58,231 nucleotides of DNA from Zoogloeaceae bacterium (lineage in GTDB: Bacteria; Pseudomonadota; Gammaproteobacteria; Burkholderiales; Rhodocyclaceae). The first letter of the stretch is position 1. Every line of letters starts with the position of its first letter. The stretch covers positions 1 through 58,231 of the forward strand of contig SSSX01000392.1 in NCBI GenBank assembly GCA_015657735.1, in the 5' to 3' direction. A program made the position numbers and the translations under genes. Below, in pieces: positions 1 through 8,260 of the stretch. Under the pieces are notes generated by a model. It saw only the letters and a list, made by a program, of their open reading frames with translations. It had not been told where the DNA came from and did no database searches.

Positions 1-1
1 C

Positions 2-445
2 CTCATCGACACCGCCGGCCGGCGTCACGGCGGCGGCCTCGCCTGCTATCCGGACGCCGCCGACGTGGCCCGCCTCGACGAAACGGCGCTGCGCGGCGCC
101 GGCTTGTCGACCACCAAGGCGCAGACCCTGCTCAACGTCGCCCGCCTCGTCGTCGACGGCCACCTGCCGCTGGACGACTGGCTCACCGCGCCGGCCGATG
201 AAATCCGCGCCCGCCTCGCCACGCTGCGCGGCATCGGGCCGTGGACGATCAACTACACGCTGCTGCGCGGCTTCGCGTCGATGGACGGCTCGCTGCACGG
301 CGACGCCGCGGTGCGCCACCAGCTGCAGGCCCTGCTCGGTCGCGCCGACAAAATCGGCGCCAACGAAGCGCAAACCTGGCTGGCCCGCTTCGCCCCGTGG
401 CGGGCCCTCGCCGCCGCCCATCTGTGGGCCGCGCAAACGCCCTGA
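2..445 (+). CDS. alkA: DNA-3-methyladenine glycosylase II (AlkA family), C-terminal part; 5' end outside the window
   Basis: Open frame from base 2. Helix-hairpin-helix motif LATLRGIGPWT and AlkA-type C-terminus FAPWRALAAAHLW. Confidence 0.8.
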   Translation, partial: LIDTAGRRHGGGLACYPDAADVARLDETALRGAGLSTTKAQTLLNVARLVVDGHLPLDDWLTAPADEIRARLATLRGIGPWTINYTLLRGFASMDGSLHGDAAVRHQLQALLGRADKIGANEAQTWLARFAPWRALAAAHLWAAQTP

Positions 446-465
446 GGCCGGCACGCCACAAAGCA

Positions 466-489
466 GAAGCCGGCCCAGCGGCCGGCTTC
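466..489. terminator. Hairpin between convergent genes; probable intrinsic, possibly bidirectional, terminator
   Basis: GAAGCCGGCC-cagc-GGCCGGCTTC, a perfect 10-bp stem between the alkA stop (445) and the dctP stop (515). Confidence 0.65.
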
Positions 490-514
490 GTTGCTGCTGC
501 GGGGCCGCGCCCGC

Positions 515-1561
515 TTACTTGGCCTTCGCGGCCTTGTCGATCTCGGCGAACATTTCCTTGGCGGTCTGCTCGCCGTACTGCTTGGCGTACTTGTCGATCA
601 GCGGCCGGGTCTTGTCCTTCATCTTGGCGATTTCTTCGGGCGGCATCACGTTGACCGTCATCTTGGTCTTCAGGAAAGCCAGCGCCTCGGCACCGTATTT
701 CTGCGACAGCTGGCGCTGGTAATCGCGGGCCTCGAGCGCCGCCTCGTTGAGGATCGCCTTCTCGTCGGCGGAGAGCTTGTCGTAGACCTTCTTGCTCATC
801 AGCAGGATCTGCGGGTTGTACATGTGGTTGGTCACCGTCACGTACTTCTGCACTTCATAGAACTTGCTCTGCTGCAGGTTGATGAAGGTCTGGTTGCCGC
901 CATCGACGGTGTGCTGCTCGAGCGCGGTGTACACCTCGACGAAGGGCAGCGGCACCGGATTGGCGCCCAGCGCGGTCTGGAAGTCGATCTGCAGCGGCGT
1001 TTCGGTCACGCGAATCTTCTGGCCGGCGATGTCCTCGACCTTCTGGATCGGCTTCTTGCCGGTGTGGTAGTTGAGGTAGCCCATCTCCCACCACCCCAGG
1101 CCGACGAGGCCCTTCTCCTGCAGCTTGGCGGCCAGCTTGGTGCCCCATTCGCCGTCCAGCACCTTGTAGGCGATCTTCTCGTTGGCGAAGGCGAACGGGA
1201 AGTCGAGCACGCCGAAATCCTTCACCAGCCCGGTCAGCAGGTTGGCGTTCATGATGCCCATCTCGATCACCCCGCCCTGCATCGACGACACCACCGCGGT
1301 GTCCTTGCCCAGCGCGCTGCCGCCGTACATCTTGGCCTTCATCTTGCCGCCGCTCTTCTTCTCGAGCAGCTCGCAGAACTTCACGCCGCCGTCGTAGTGG
1401 GCGGTGCCGGCGTTCACCGCGATCGACACCTTGAAGTTGCGGTTCTGCGCGTCGGCCGCCGACGCCGGCAGCGACACCGCGGCCAGCAGGCCCAGCGACA
1501 CCATCGCGGCAACGGCGCGCCGGACGGACTGGGCGCCACGGCTGGATTGATCGGTTTTCAT
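515..1561 (-). CDS. dctP: TRAP transporter substrate-binding protein (DctP family)
   Basis: Signal peptide ending ASAADA; motifs GQKIRV, LGANPVPLPFVEVYTALEQHTVDG, FYEVQKY. GGAG RBS supports the ATG at 1561. Confidence 0.85.
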   Translation of the reverse strand: MKTDQSSRGAQSVRRAVAAMVSLGLLAAVSLPASAADAQNRNFKVSIAVNAGTAHYDGGVKFCELLEKKSGGKMKAKMYGGSALGKDTAVVSSMQGGVIEMGIMNANLLTGLVKDFGVLDFPFAFANEKIAYKVLDGEWGTKLAAKLQEKGLVGLGWWEMGYLNYHTGKKPIQKVEDIAGQKIRVTETPLQIDFQTALGANPVPLPFVEVYTALEQHTVDGGNQTFINLQQSKFYEVQKYVTVTNHMYNPQILLMSKKVYDKLSADEKAILNEAALEARDYQRQLSQKYGAEALAFLKTKMTVNVMPPEEIAKMKDKTRPLIDKYAKQYGEQTAKEMFAEIDKAAKAK

Positions 1562-1741
1562 GTTGTCTCCTTTGTTTTGGGGGCGGCGGGGCGCCGGAAA
1601 AGTGTGCTTCGGGAACGGCTCAACGCTGTGCATGGTAGCGAATCGCCACGCCGGCAAAACGGGCATGCCCGGCGATCTGCGCGATCTTCGGACAGTCAGG
1701 GCGAATTGCGCGCGATTTGGCGCCGTCCGCCGCCGCCCGCC

Positions 1742-1781
1742 GTTCCATCAAACCGCAACACAGCCATCACGGCGGCTTCAT
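1742..1781 (+). promoter_or_regulatory. Putative degenerate Pho box (four half-sites at 11-bp spacing)
   Basis: GTTCCAT (1742), CCGCAAC (1753), CCATCAC (1764) and GCTTCAT (1775) compared with consensus CTGTCAT; just upstream of the plcP-like ATG. Confidence 0.45.
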
Positions 1782-1803
1782 CTTCGGCCGCCAGCATGGC
1801 GAC

Positions 1804-2619
1804 ATGCAGCGCGTCCGCACCCTGTTCCTCTCCGACATCCACCTCGGCACCCGGGCCTGCCAGGCCGGGCACCTGCTCGAATTCCTGCGCGACCATCCCG
1901 CCGAGCAGACCTATCTGATCGGCGACATCATCGACTTCTGGGCCATGCACCGCGGCATCTGCTGGCCGCCGTCGCACAACACGGTGATCCAGAAGCTGCT
2001 GCGCCGGGCCCGTCACGGCGAGCGCATCGTGTTCATCCCCGGCAACCACGACGAGGTGCTGCGCGACTACGTCGGCCATTCCTTCGGCGGCATCGAGGTG
2101 CAGGACGAGGCGATCCACGAAACCGCCGACGGCCGCCGGCTACTGCTGATCCACGGCGACATCTTCGACCAGGTGACCCGTCACCACCGCTGGGTCGCGG
2201 TGCTCGGCGACGTCGCCTACACCCAGCTGGTACGCCTCAACCTGTGGCTGTCGTGGGTGCGCCGCAAGCTCGGCCGCTCGGGCTACTGGTCGCTGGCCGG
2301 CTACGCCAAGCGCAAGGTCAAGACGGCCCTCAACTTCATCTTCGACTTCGAGGATTCGGCGATCCGCCACGCCCGCGAGCGCGGCCTCGACGGCGTCGTC
2401 TGCGGCCACATCCACTGGGCCGCGATCAAGGACATCGACGGCCTGCTCTACGTGAATTGCGGCGACTGGGTCGATTCCTGCACCGCCATCGTCGAACACT
2501 TCGACGGCCGCCTCGAACTGCGCAGCTGGGGCGCCCGCCTGCCGGCCGCGCTGCCGGCCCCCGCCCCTGCCGAGTCCGCAGCGACGGCGGCCGGCGCCAT
2601 CCTGAAAGCCCGCCGATGA
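1804..2619 (+). CDS. Calcineurin-like metallophosphoesterase, LpxH2/PlcP (phospholipase C) type
   Basis: Motifs SDIHLG, GDIID, GNHD, IHGD, CGHIH, YVNCGDWV; ATGA-coupled to a GT4 gene. Confidence 0.8.
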   Translation: MQRVRTLFLSDIHLGTRACQAGHLLEFLRDHPAEQTYLIGDIIDFWAMHRGICWPPSHNTVIQKLLRRARHGERIVFIPGNHDEVLRDYVGHSFGGIEVQDEAIHETADGRRLLLIHGDIFDQVTRHHRWVAVLGDVAYTQLVRLNLWLSWVRRKLGRSGYWSLAGYAKRKVKTALNFIFDFEDSAIRHARERGLDGVVCGHIHWAAIKDIDGLLYVNCGDWVDSCTAIVEHFDGRLELRSWGARLPAALPAPAPAESAATAAGAILKARR

Positions 2620-3803
2620 TCCGCGTCCTGATGGTTTCCGATGTGTATTTCCCGCGCATCAACGGCGTGTCGACGTCGATCGAAACCTTCCGCCGCGCGC
2701 TGGCCGGCCATGGTGTCGACGTGCGTCTGGTGGTGCCGCGCTACGGCAACGAGGCCGACGAGGCCGGCATCGTCCGCGTTGCCGGCCGGCGCCTGCCCAA
2801 CGACCCGGAAGACCGCCTCGTGTCGTGGCGCGGCATGCACCGCGCGGTCGACGAGGCTGCCGCCGGCTGCGACCTGATCCACGTCCAGACCCCCTTCGTC
2901 GCCCACTACGCCGGCCTCGCCGCCGCGCGCCGCCGCGGCCTGCCGGTGCTCGTCAGCTATCACACCCTGTTCGAGGAATACCTCCACCACTACGTGCCGC
3001 TGCTGCCGGCCGGCTGGCTGCGCGCGCTGGCGCGGCGTTTCTCGCGCCGCCAGTGCAACGCGGTCGACGCGGTGGTCGTACCTTCGTCGGCGATGGCCGC
3101 GCGGCTGGCCGGCTACGGCGTCGCCACGCCGCTGGAGATCGTGCCCACCGGCATTCCGCTGGCCCGCTTCGGCGGCGGCGACGGCGCCGCCTTCCGGGCC
3201 CGCCACGGCATCGCGGCGGACCAGCCGCTGGCCCTTTTCGTCGGCCGCGTGGCGCACGAGAAGAACATCGGCTTCCTGCTCGACGCCCTCGTCGATGCCC
3301 GCCGCCACCGCCCCGACATCCTGCTGCTGATCACCGGCGAAGGCCCGGCAATGGACGCATTGCGGCGCCACGCGGCACGCCTCGGCCTCGCCGACGCGGT
3401 GCGCTTCCTCGGCTATCTCGACCGCCAACGCGAGCTGCCCGACTGTTACGCGGCCGCCACGCTGTTCACCTTCGCCTCGCGCACCGAAACCCAGGGCCTG
3501 GTGCTGATCGAAGCCCTCGCCGCCGGCCTGCCGGTGGTCGCACTGTCGGCGATGGGCACCGCCGACATCCTCGCCGACGCCCCCGGCTGCATCGCCGCGC
3601 CCGACGACCCGGCCGCCTTCGGCGACATCGTCGGGCGGCTCCTCGCCGACCCCGCCGCCTGCGCCGCACTCGCCCTCCGGGCGCGCAGCGGCGCCGAACG
3701 CTGGTCCGACAACGCCCTCGCCGCCCGCCTCGCCGACTTCTACCGCCAGACCGTCGCCACCGCGCCCGCCGGCACGCCCTGCGCGGCGACCGGACATTCC
3801 TGA
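2616..3803 (+). CDS. Glycosyltransferase family 4 (probable diacylglycerol glycosyltransferase)
   Basis: SDVYFPRINGVSTS N-terminus, FVGRVAHEKNI, and ETQGLVLIE (E-x7-E) motif. Confidence 0.85.
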   Translation: MIRVLMVSDVYFPRINGVSTSIETFRRALAGHGVDVRLVVPRYGNEADEAGIVRVAGRRLPNDPEDRLVSWRGMHRAVDEAAAGCDLIHVQTPFVAHYAGLAAARRRGLPVLVSYHTLFEEYLHHYVPLLPAGWLRALARRFSRRQCNAVDAVVVPSSAMAARLAGYGVATPLEIVPTGIPLARFGGGDGAAFRARHGIAADQPLALFVGRVAHEKNIGFLLDALVDARRHRPDILLLITGEGPAMDALRRHAARLGLADAVRFLGYLDRQRELPDCYAAATLFTFASRTETQGLVLIEALAAGLPVVALSAMGTADILADAPGCIAAPDDPAAFGDIVGRLLADPAACAALALRARSGAERWSDNALAARLADFYRQTVATAPAGTPCAATGHS

Positions 3804-3811
3804 GCGCTGGC

Positions 3812-4063
3812 GACAAGCTCGTTCCGGCGCCTCGCAAGACGGTTACGCTTCGTCGTATCGTGATTACGGACGTGCGTATCAAGATACCGGCGCATCGGAT
3901 TACCGTTTCGATGCGACGCAATACGATTACGACTCACCGTATGAAGGTTACGACGCGCCGCAAGACGATAGCGGCGCCACCGATGATGATTCCGGTGCGT
4001 CGTATCGGTATATCGATCCGCCGCAGCAAGCTGACGGATGCTCGTAACGACACAACGCAGCCC
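3812..4063. repeat. Degenerate tandem array of twelve 21-bp units
   Basis: Units start at 3812+21n. Position 4 = A in 12/12, positions 14-15 = CG in 12/12, position 11 = T in 11/12, positions 1-2 = CG in 10/12. GC visibly lower than the flanks. Confidence 0.8.
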
Positions 4064-4134
4064 CATCACCCGGCGCGGCCCGTCCGGATCACGCAAGCGC
4101 CCTGCCGGCTGCGCCAAACCGCCGCCCGCGCCGC

Positions 4135-4464
4135 TCAGTGCCCGCCGCGAACCGCGTTGCGCAGGCCCGCCCAGCCCTCGGCGCGCGGTGCCGGCGCGAG
4201 GCCGATGTCGCGGCCCAGGTCGCGGGTGAAGGTGGTGCACGCCACGCCGGGACGCCCGTCGATGAGCACGCTGCAGGTGTTGCAGGCGCCGGCGTGGCAG
4301 TGGAAGGCGCGCTGCAGCAGCGGCGGCAGCGCGCCGTGGATTTCACGCAGCGCGCGCAGCACGGTCATGCCGGCGGTCTCGATCAGTTCGAAATCGTAGC
4401 TCCGGCCATCGACGGCCGGCAGATGCAGCCTGATGATGCGGCAATGGGACAAGGGGGCGTTCAT
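4135..4464 (-). CDS. Stand-alone 2Fe-2S protein resembling the N-terminal domain of SdhB/FrdB
   Basis: GMTVLRAL then C-HAGA-C-NT-C-x11-C (CHAGACNTCSVLIDGRPGVAC); GGAG RBS upstream of ATG 4464; 109 aa. Confidence 0.7.
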   Translation of the reverse strand: MNAPLSHCRIIRLHLPAVDGRSYDFELIETAGMTVLRALREIHGALPPLLQRAFHCHAGACNTCSVLIDGRPGVACTTFTRDLGRDIGLAPAPRAEGWAGLRNAVRGGH

Positions 4465-4686
4465 GATGGTGCGTCTCCGGCGCGCCCGCTCTTGCCGCGG
4501 CAGACCCGCGGGACGAAGCGCGCGACAGGCAGCCGGCGGCGCACGCCGCCGTTGCCATGCCCAGTGTCGATCTTCGCCGGCGCCGGTTCGAGGAATTCCG
4601 GCACACCGGCGCTCGACTGCGGCGGCGCCAGCCGGCGCCGCGGGCCGGGTTAGACTGAGGCCCCCGCCCACTTCCCGCCGTCCGCC

Positions 4687-5136
4687 ATGCAAATCTGGAT
4701 CGACGCCGACGCCTGCCCGGCGGTCGTCAAGGAAATCGTCTTCCGCGCCGCCGAACGGCTGGAGATTCCGACCATCCTGGTCGCCAACCGCCTGCTGCGC
4801 ACGCCGCCGTCGCGCTTCATCCGCGCCATCCAGGTAGCGTCGGGATTCGACGTCGCCGACGCCCACATCGTCGACCAGCTCACCGCCGGCGATCTGGTGA
4901 TCACCGCCGACGTTCCGCTCGCCGCCGCGGTGCTCGAACGCCAGGCCCACGCGCTCAACCCGCGCGGCGAGATGTACACCGCCGCCAACATCGCCGAACG
5001 CCTGTCGATGCGCAACTTCCTCGAAGAACTGCGTTCGAGCGGCGTGCAGACCGGCGGGCCGGCCGCCTTCAGCCAGGCCGACCGGCAAGCCTTCGGCGGC
5101 GCCCTCGACCGCTTTCTGGCACGCCTCAGACGCTGA
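4687..5136 (+). CDS. yaiI: YaiI/YqxD family protein (DUF188)
   Basis: [29 protein letters not shown] and ERLSMRNF are typical of the family. Confidence 0.9.
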   Translation: MQIWIDADACPAVVKEIVFRAAERLEIPTILVANRLLRTPPSRFIRAIQVASGFDVADAHIVDQLTAGDLVITADVPLAAAVLERQAHALNPRGEMYTAANIAERLSMRNFLEELRSSGVQTGGPAAFSQADRQAFGGALDRFLARLRR

Positions 5137-5146
5137 CGATCCGCCC

Positions 5147-6103
5147 TCAGCCGAGGCCCGCCGGCCCGGCGCAGCCGTCGTCCATTCCGTCGAGCTCGAT
5201 CTGGATGGTCGGATGGTGGATGTGGAAATGCCGTTCCAGCCCGCTCGCCACCGCGACCAGGAAAGCGTCGCCCGGATGGCCGCCGGGCATCACCAGATGC
5301 ACCGACAGCGCGGTTTCGGCGGTGCCGAGCGCCCACACGTGAAGGTCATGCACATTGCTGACCCCTGGCTGGCTGGCGAGCCAGGCGTGGACTTCGGCCA
5401 GATCGATGCCGTCGGGCACGCCGTCGAAGGCCAGGTGCAGCGACTGGCGGAACAGGCCCCAGGCGCCGGCGACGATGATCGCCGCGATGGCCAGACTGAC
5501 CGCCGGATCGAGCCAGCCCCAGCCGAAGCGCAGGTACAGCGCGCCGGCGGCGACCACCCCGAGCGACACCAGCGCATCGCCGGCCATGTGCAGGAAGGCC
5601 CCGCGGATGTTGAGGTCGGCCTTGCGGCCGGACATGAACAGCGCGGCGGTGAGGCCGTTGACGACCACCCCGCAGGCCGCCACGGCGATCACCGTCCACC
5701 CGCCGACCGGCTCGGGCGACTGCAGGCGCTGGAAGGCTTCGAGCGCCAGCGCCCCCATCGCGAACAGCAGCAGCATGCCGTTGGCCAGCGCGGCGAGGAT
5801 CGAGGCCCGCGCCCAGCCGTAGGTGCGCCGGTGGGTCGGCGGCAGGCGGCCGGCGGCGGCGGCGCCCCAGGCGAGGATCAGGCCGGCGACGTCGGACAGG
5901 TTGTGACCGGCGTCGGCGAGCAGCGCCAGCGAACCCGCCAGCCAGCCGAAGCCGGCTTCGACGACGACGAAACCGATGTTGAGGGCGATGCCGATCGCGA
6001 AGGCCCGGTCGTAGGACGCCGGACCATGAGGATGGCGGTGGCCGTGACCGTGGCCGGCGTGGTCGTGATGGTGGTCGTGGCCGCCGGCGTGGGCGTGGCT
6101 CAT
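5147..6103 (-). CDS. Cation diffusion facilitator (CzcD/ZitB-like Zn/Co/Cd exporter)
   Basis: His-rich N-terminus MSHAHAGGHDHHHDH; LLADAGHNLSD, AFLHMAGDA, VHDLHVW; ATGA overlap with the upstream nitroreductase stop. Confidence 0.9.
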   Translation of the reverse strand: MSHAHAGGHDHHHDHAGHGHGHRHPHGPASYDRAFAIGIALNIGFVVVEAGFGWLAGSLALLADAGHNLSDVAGLILAWGAAAAGRLPPTHRRTYGWARASILAALANGMLLLFAMGALALEAFQRLQSPEPVGGWTVIAVAACGVVVNGLTAALFMSGRKADLNIRGAFLHMAGDALVSLGVVAAGALYLRFGWGWLDPAVSLAIAAIIVAGAWGLFRQSLHLAFDGVPDGIDLAEVHAWLASQPGVSNVHDLHVWALGTAETALSVHLVMPGGHPGDAFLVAVASGLERHFHIHHPTIQIELDGMDDGCAGPAGLG

Positions 6104-7179
6104 CGGCCCGGCAGCATCAGCTCCTCGACGCTCTTGCGCAGCGAACGGGAGCGCGGCGCGTCGGAAACACCGACGCGGCAGAAGAAGGTCAGACCCTGGT
6201 CGGGGCCGAAGCCGCCGATGCGCTCGAACTCGCCGGCCAGCGCCAGCGCGCCGGCGGCAATCGCCGGCACCGCCGAGAAGGTTTGGCCGGCGCGGGCATA
6301 CCAGCGGAAGATCAGCGGCGTCATCTCGGGCTGCAGGTGCAGGCCGACCGCCGCGGCGGTGAGCCACAGGCGCTGCATCGCGATGCCGCCGCGGACATGC
6401 GCCTCGACGCCCTGCGCCGGCCGGTCGGGAACGATCAGCACGTGCGCGGCGCAGGCCAGCGCCGGAATGTAGTCGAGCTGGACGCGCGGCGCGATGGTGC
6501 CGCCGAGATACTTGTTGAAGAACTGCACCCGCCCCCAGCTGGCCATCACCCATTCCATCAGCCGCGCGGTGGCGCCGTCGACGCCGACCGCCTGCTCGGG
6601 AATGCGGTCCTTGCTGAAGCGGGTGCGCCACTCGATGATTTCCTTGTGCACCGGGTAGGCTTCCGGGCAGGTCAGGCGCAGGTAGGCGTTGCGCCACAGC
6701 AGGCCGGCAACCCGGCGGCGCTCGGCGCCCGACTCGAAGAAGCGCACCGCGTAGCCCGGCCCCGGCGCGGCGGCGAGGGCCGCGCGCTGTGCAGCGCTGA
6801 GCGGTGTGGTGCGCATCGGGCGGCGCTGCACGACGCGGCTTTCGATGAAGGGCAGCAGCGGGTCGGCGGCGAGGCCCGGCTGCGCAGCGAGACGCACGTC
6901 GAACACCGGCGCCTTGTCGCCGGCGCCGGCCCGCAGAGCCCAGGTGGCGGCGAGCCCCTCGCCGGTGGCGGCGATGCGCAGGGTTTCGAGCAGCGCGCCG
7001 TGGGCCATGTGGCTGGCGTGGCCGTTGAAGTCGTAGAGGCACCACTCGCGGGTGTCGTGGCCGTGGATCGCGAGGTGGTCGTCGGCGACGATCTCGAAGC
7101 GCCACGGCTGGGTGTTGTCGCCGCTCGGCGCCCAGCGCGCCAGGTCGAGGATCTTCAGCAGGGTGTCGCGGCTGGCCAT
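6100..7179 (-). CDS. Nitroreductase-fold FMN protein (Acg/MoeY-like)
   Basis: ARWAPSGDNTQPWRF, GALLETLRIAA, GIAMQRLWLTAAAVGLHLQP, C-terminal RSLR. Confidence 0.8.
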   Translation of the reverse strand: MASRDTLLKILDLARWAPSGDNTQPWRFEIVADDHLAIHGHDTREWCLYDFNGHASHMAHGALLETLRIAATGEGLAATWALRAGAGDKAPVFDVRLAAQPGLAADPLLPFIESRVVQRRPMRTTPLSAAQRAALAAAPGPGYAVRFFESGAERRRVAGLLWRNAYLRLTCPEAYPVHKEIIEWRTRFSKDRIPEQAVGVDGATARLMEWVMASWGRVQFFNKYLGGTIAPRVQLDYIPALACAAHVLIVPDRPAQGVEAHVRGGIAMQRLWLTAAAVGLHLQPEMTPLIFRWYARAGQTFSAVPAIAAGALALAGEFERIGGFGPDQGLTFFCRVGVSDAPRSRSLRKSVEELMLPGR

Positions 7180-7205
7180 CGGTCAGACTCCTCGGAAACG
7201 GAAAC

Positions 7206-8102
7206 TCAGGCCGTCTTGGCGAATTCGCCGCGGCGCATCGCGCGCAGCTGGCGGCGGGCGATGAACAGGCCGATCTGCTGGATCGGGTTGCGGTTGCCGC
7301 CGGGCCGCCAGGTTTTGACGTAGCGGTTGCGGTAGGCATCGAAGTGGAAGCCCCACGGCGCGCACAGCACCTTGCCGCGGCCGAGCAGGATCTTCAGCGA
7401 TTCGGTGGCCGTCACCCCGGCGCACAGCTGGCAGGCGGCGATGGTGCTGGGGCCGCGCTTGGCGTTGAAGTCGACCCGCGACGGATCGGCCAGGTAGCCG
7501 CGCTGCAGCATCGCCGGCGACAGGCCAAGCAGGAAGCGCACCGCCATCTCGTCGTCGTCGCAGCCGTCGAGGCGGAAGTATTCCTCGAACGACATCCGGC
7601 CGGGCAGGAAGGACAGCACCGCCGTGCCCATGCCCAGCGGCGCCGCGGTGACGGCCGGCACGCCAAGCCGGTGGCAGGCGTTGAAGGTGTCGCGGCGGGC
7701 GCGGAAAGCGAAGAAGTCGAGGCCGTCGACGTAAAGATCGACGCCGCCGAGAAAGTCGTCGAGGTTGCCGGCGTTCACACCCTGACCGAAGATGCGGATG
7801 TCGAGTTCGGGGTTGATGTCGCGCGCCATTGCGGCCATCACCTCGGCCTTCGGCCGGCCCACCGAGGACATCGAGGCGCCGGCCTGGCGGTTGAAGTTGA
7901 CGATGTCGAAGGTGTCCATGTCGGCGATGTTGAAGGCGCCGATGCCGAGGCGCACCAGCGTCAGCAGGTGCACGCCGCCGACACCGCCCATGCCGGCGAT
8001 CGCCACCCGCTTGCCGCGCAGCGCGGCCTGCTCGGCCTGGGTCACCCAGCCGATGTTGCGGGAGAAGGCTTCGTCATAACTGAATGCGCTGGCGTCAGAC
8101 AT
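7206..8102 (-). CDS. ThiF/E1-like adenylyltransferase
   Basis: FSRNIGW, VAIAGMGGVGG, DMDTFDIVNFNRQ, GRPKAE, DGLD; 298 aa from ATG 8102. Confidence 0.85.
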   Translation of the reverse strand: MSDASAFSYDEAFSRNIGWVTQAEQAALRGKRVAIAGMGGVGGVHLLTLVRLGIGAFNIADMDTFDIVNFNRQAGASMSSVGRPKAEVMAAMARDINPELDIRIFGQGVNAGNLDDFLGGVDLYVDGLDFFAFRARRDTFNACHRLGVPAVTAAPLGMGTAVLSFLPGRMSFEEYFRLDGCDDDEMAVRFLLGLSPAMLQRGYLADPSRVDFNAKRGPSTIAACQLCAGVTATESLKILLGRGKVLCAPWGFHFDAYRNRYVKTWRPGGNRNPIQQIGLFIARRQLRAMRRGEFAKTA

Positions 8103-8260
8103 GCACGTGTATCCGTCGGGCAGGGAAGCAGTATGATACGACAGTTCGGCGGGCTTCCCACGCAGCCGGGTCGCTCCGCCGCGTGCCGCGCCGGCGCTGC
8201 GCAAGCCCGCGCTTCCGGCCCTGTCCCCCGCCACCTCCACCCCGTCGTCCGCAGGCCGTC

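Noticed and set aside
3812-4063. CRISPR interpretation of the repeat array
   Set aside because: Units are contiguous and degenerate with no identical repeat and unique spacer alternation, and there are no cas genes in the window.
6030-6103. Repetitive GTG/GCC-rich stretch
   Set aside because: Explained by the His/Gly-rich N-terminus of the CDF transporter.
6100-8102. RiPP (azole-peptide) or molybdopterin/thiamine biosynthesis reading of ThiF + nitroreductase
   Set aside because: No YcaO, precursor peptide, MoaD/ThiS sulfur carrier or other cofactor genes nearby, and no MoeB-type CxxC pairs in the ThiF protein.
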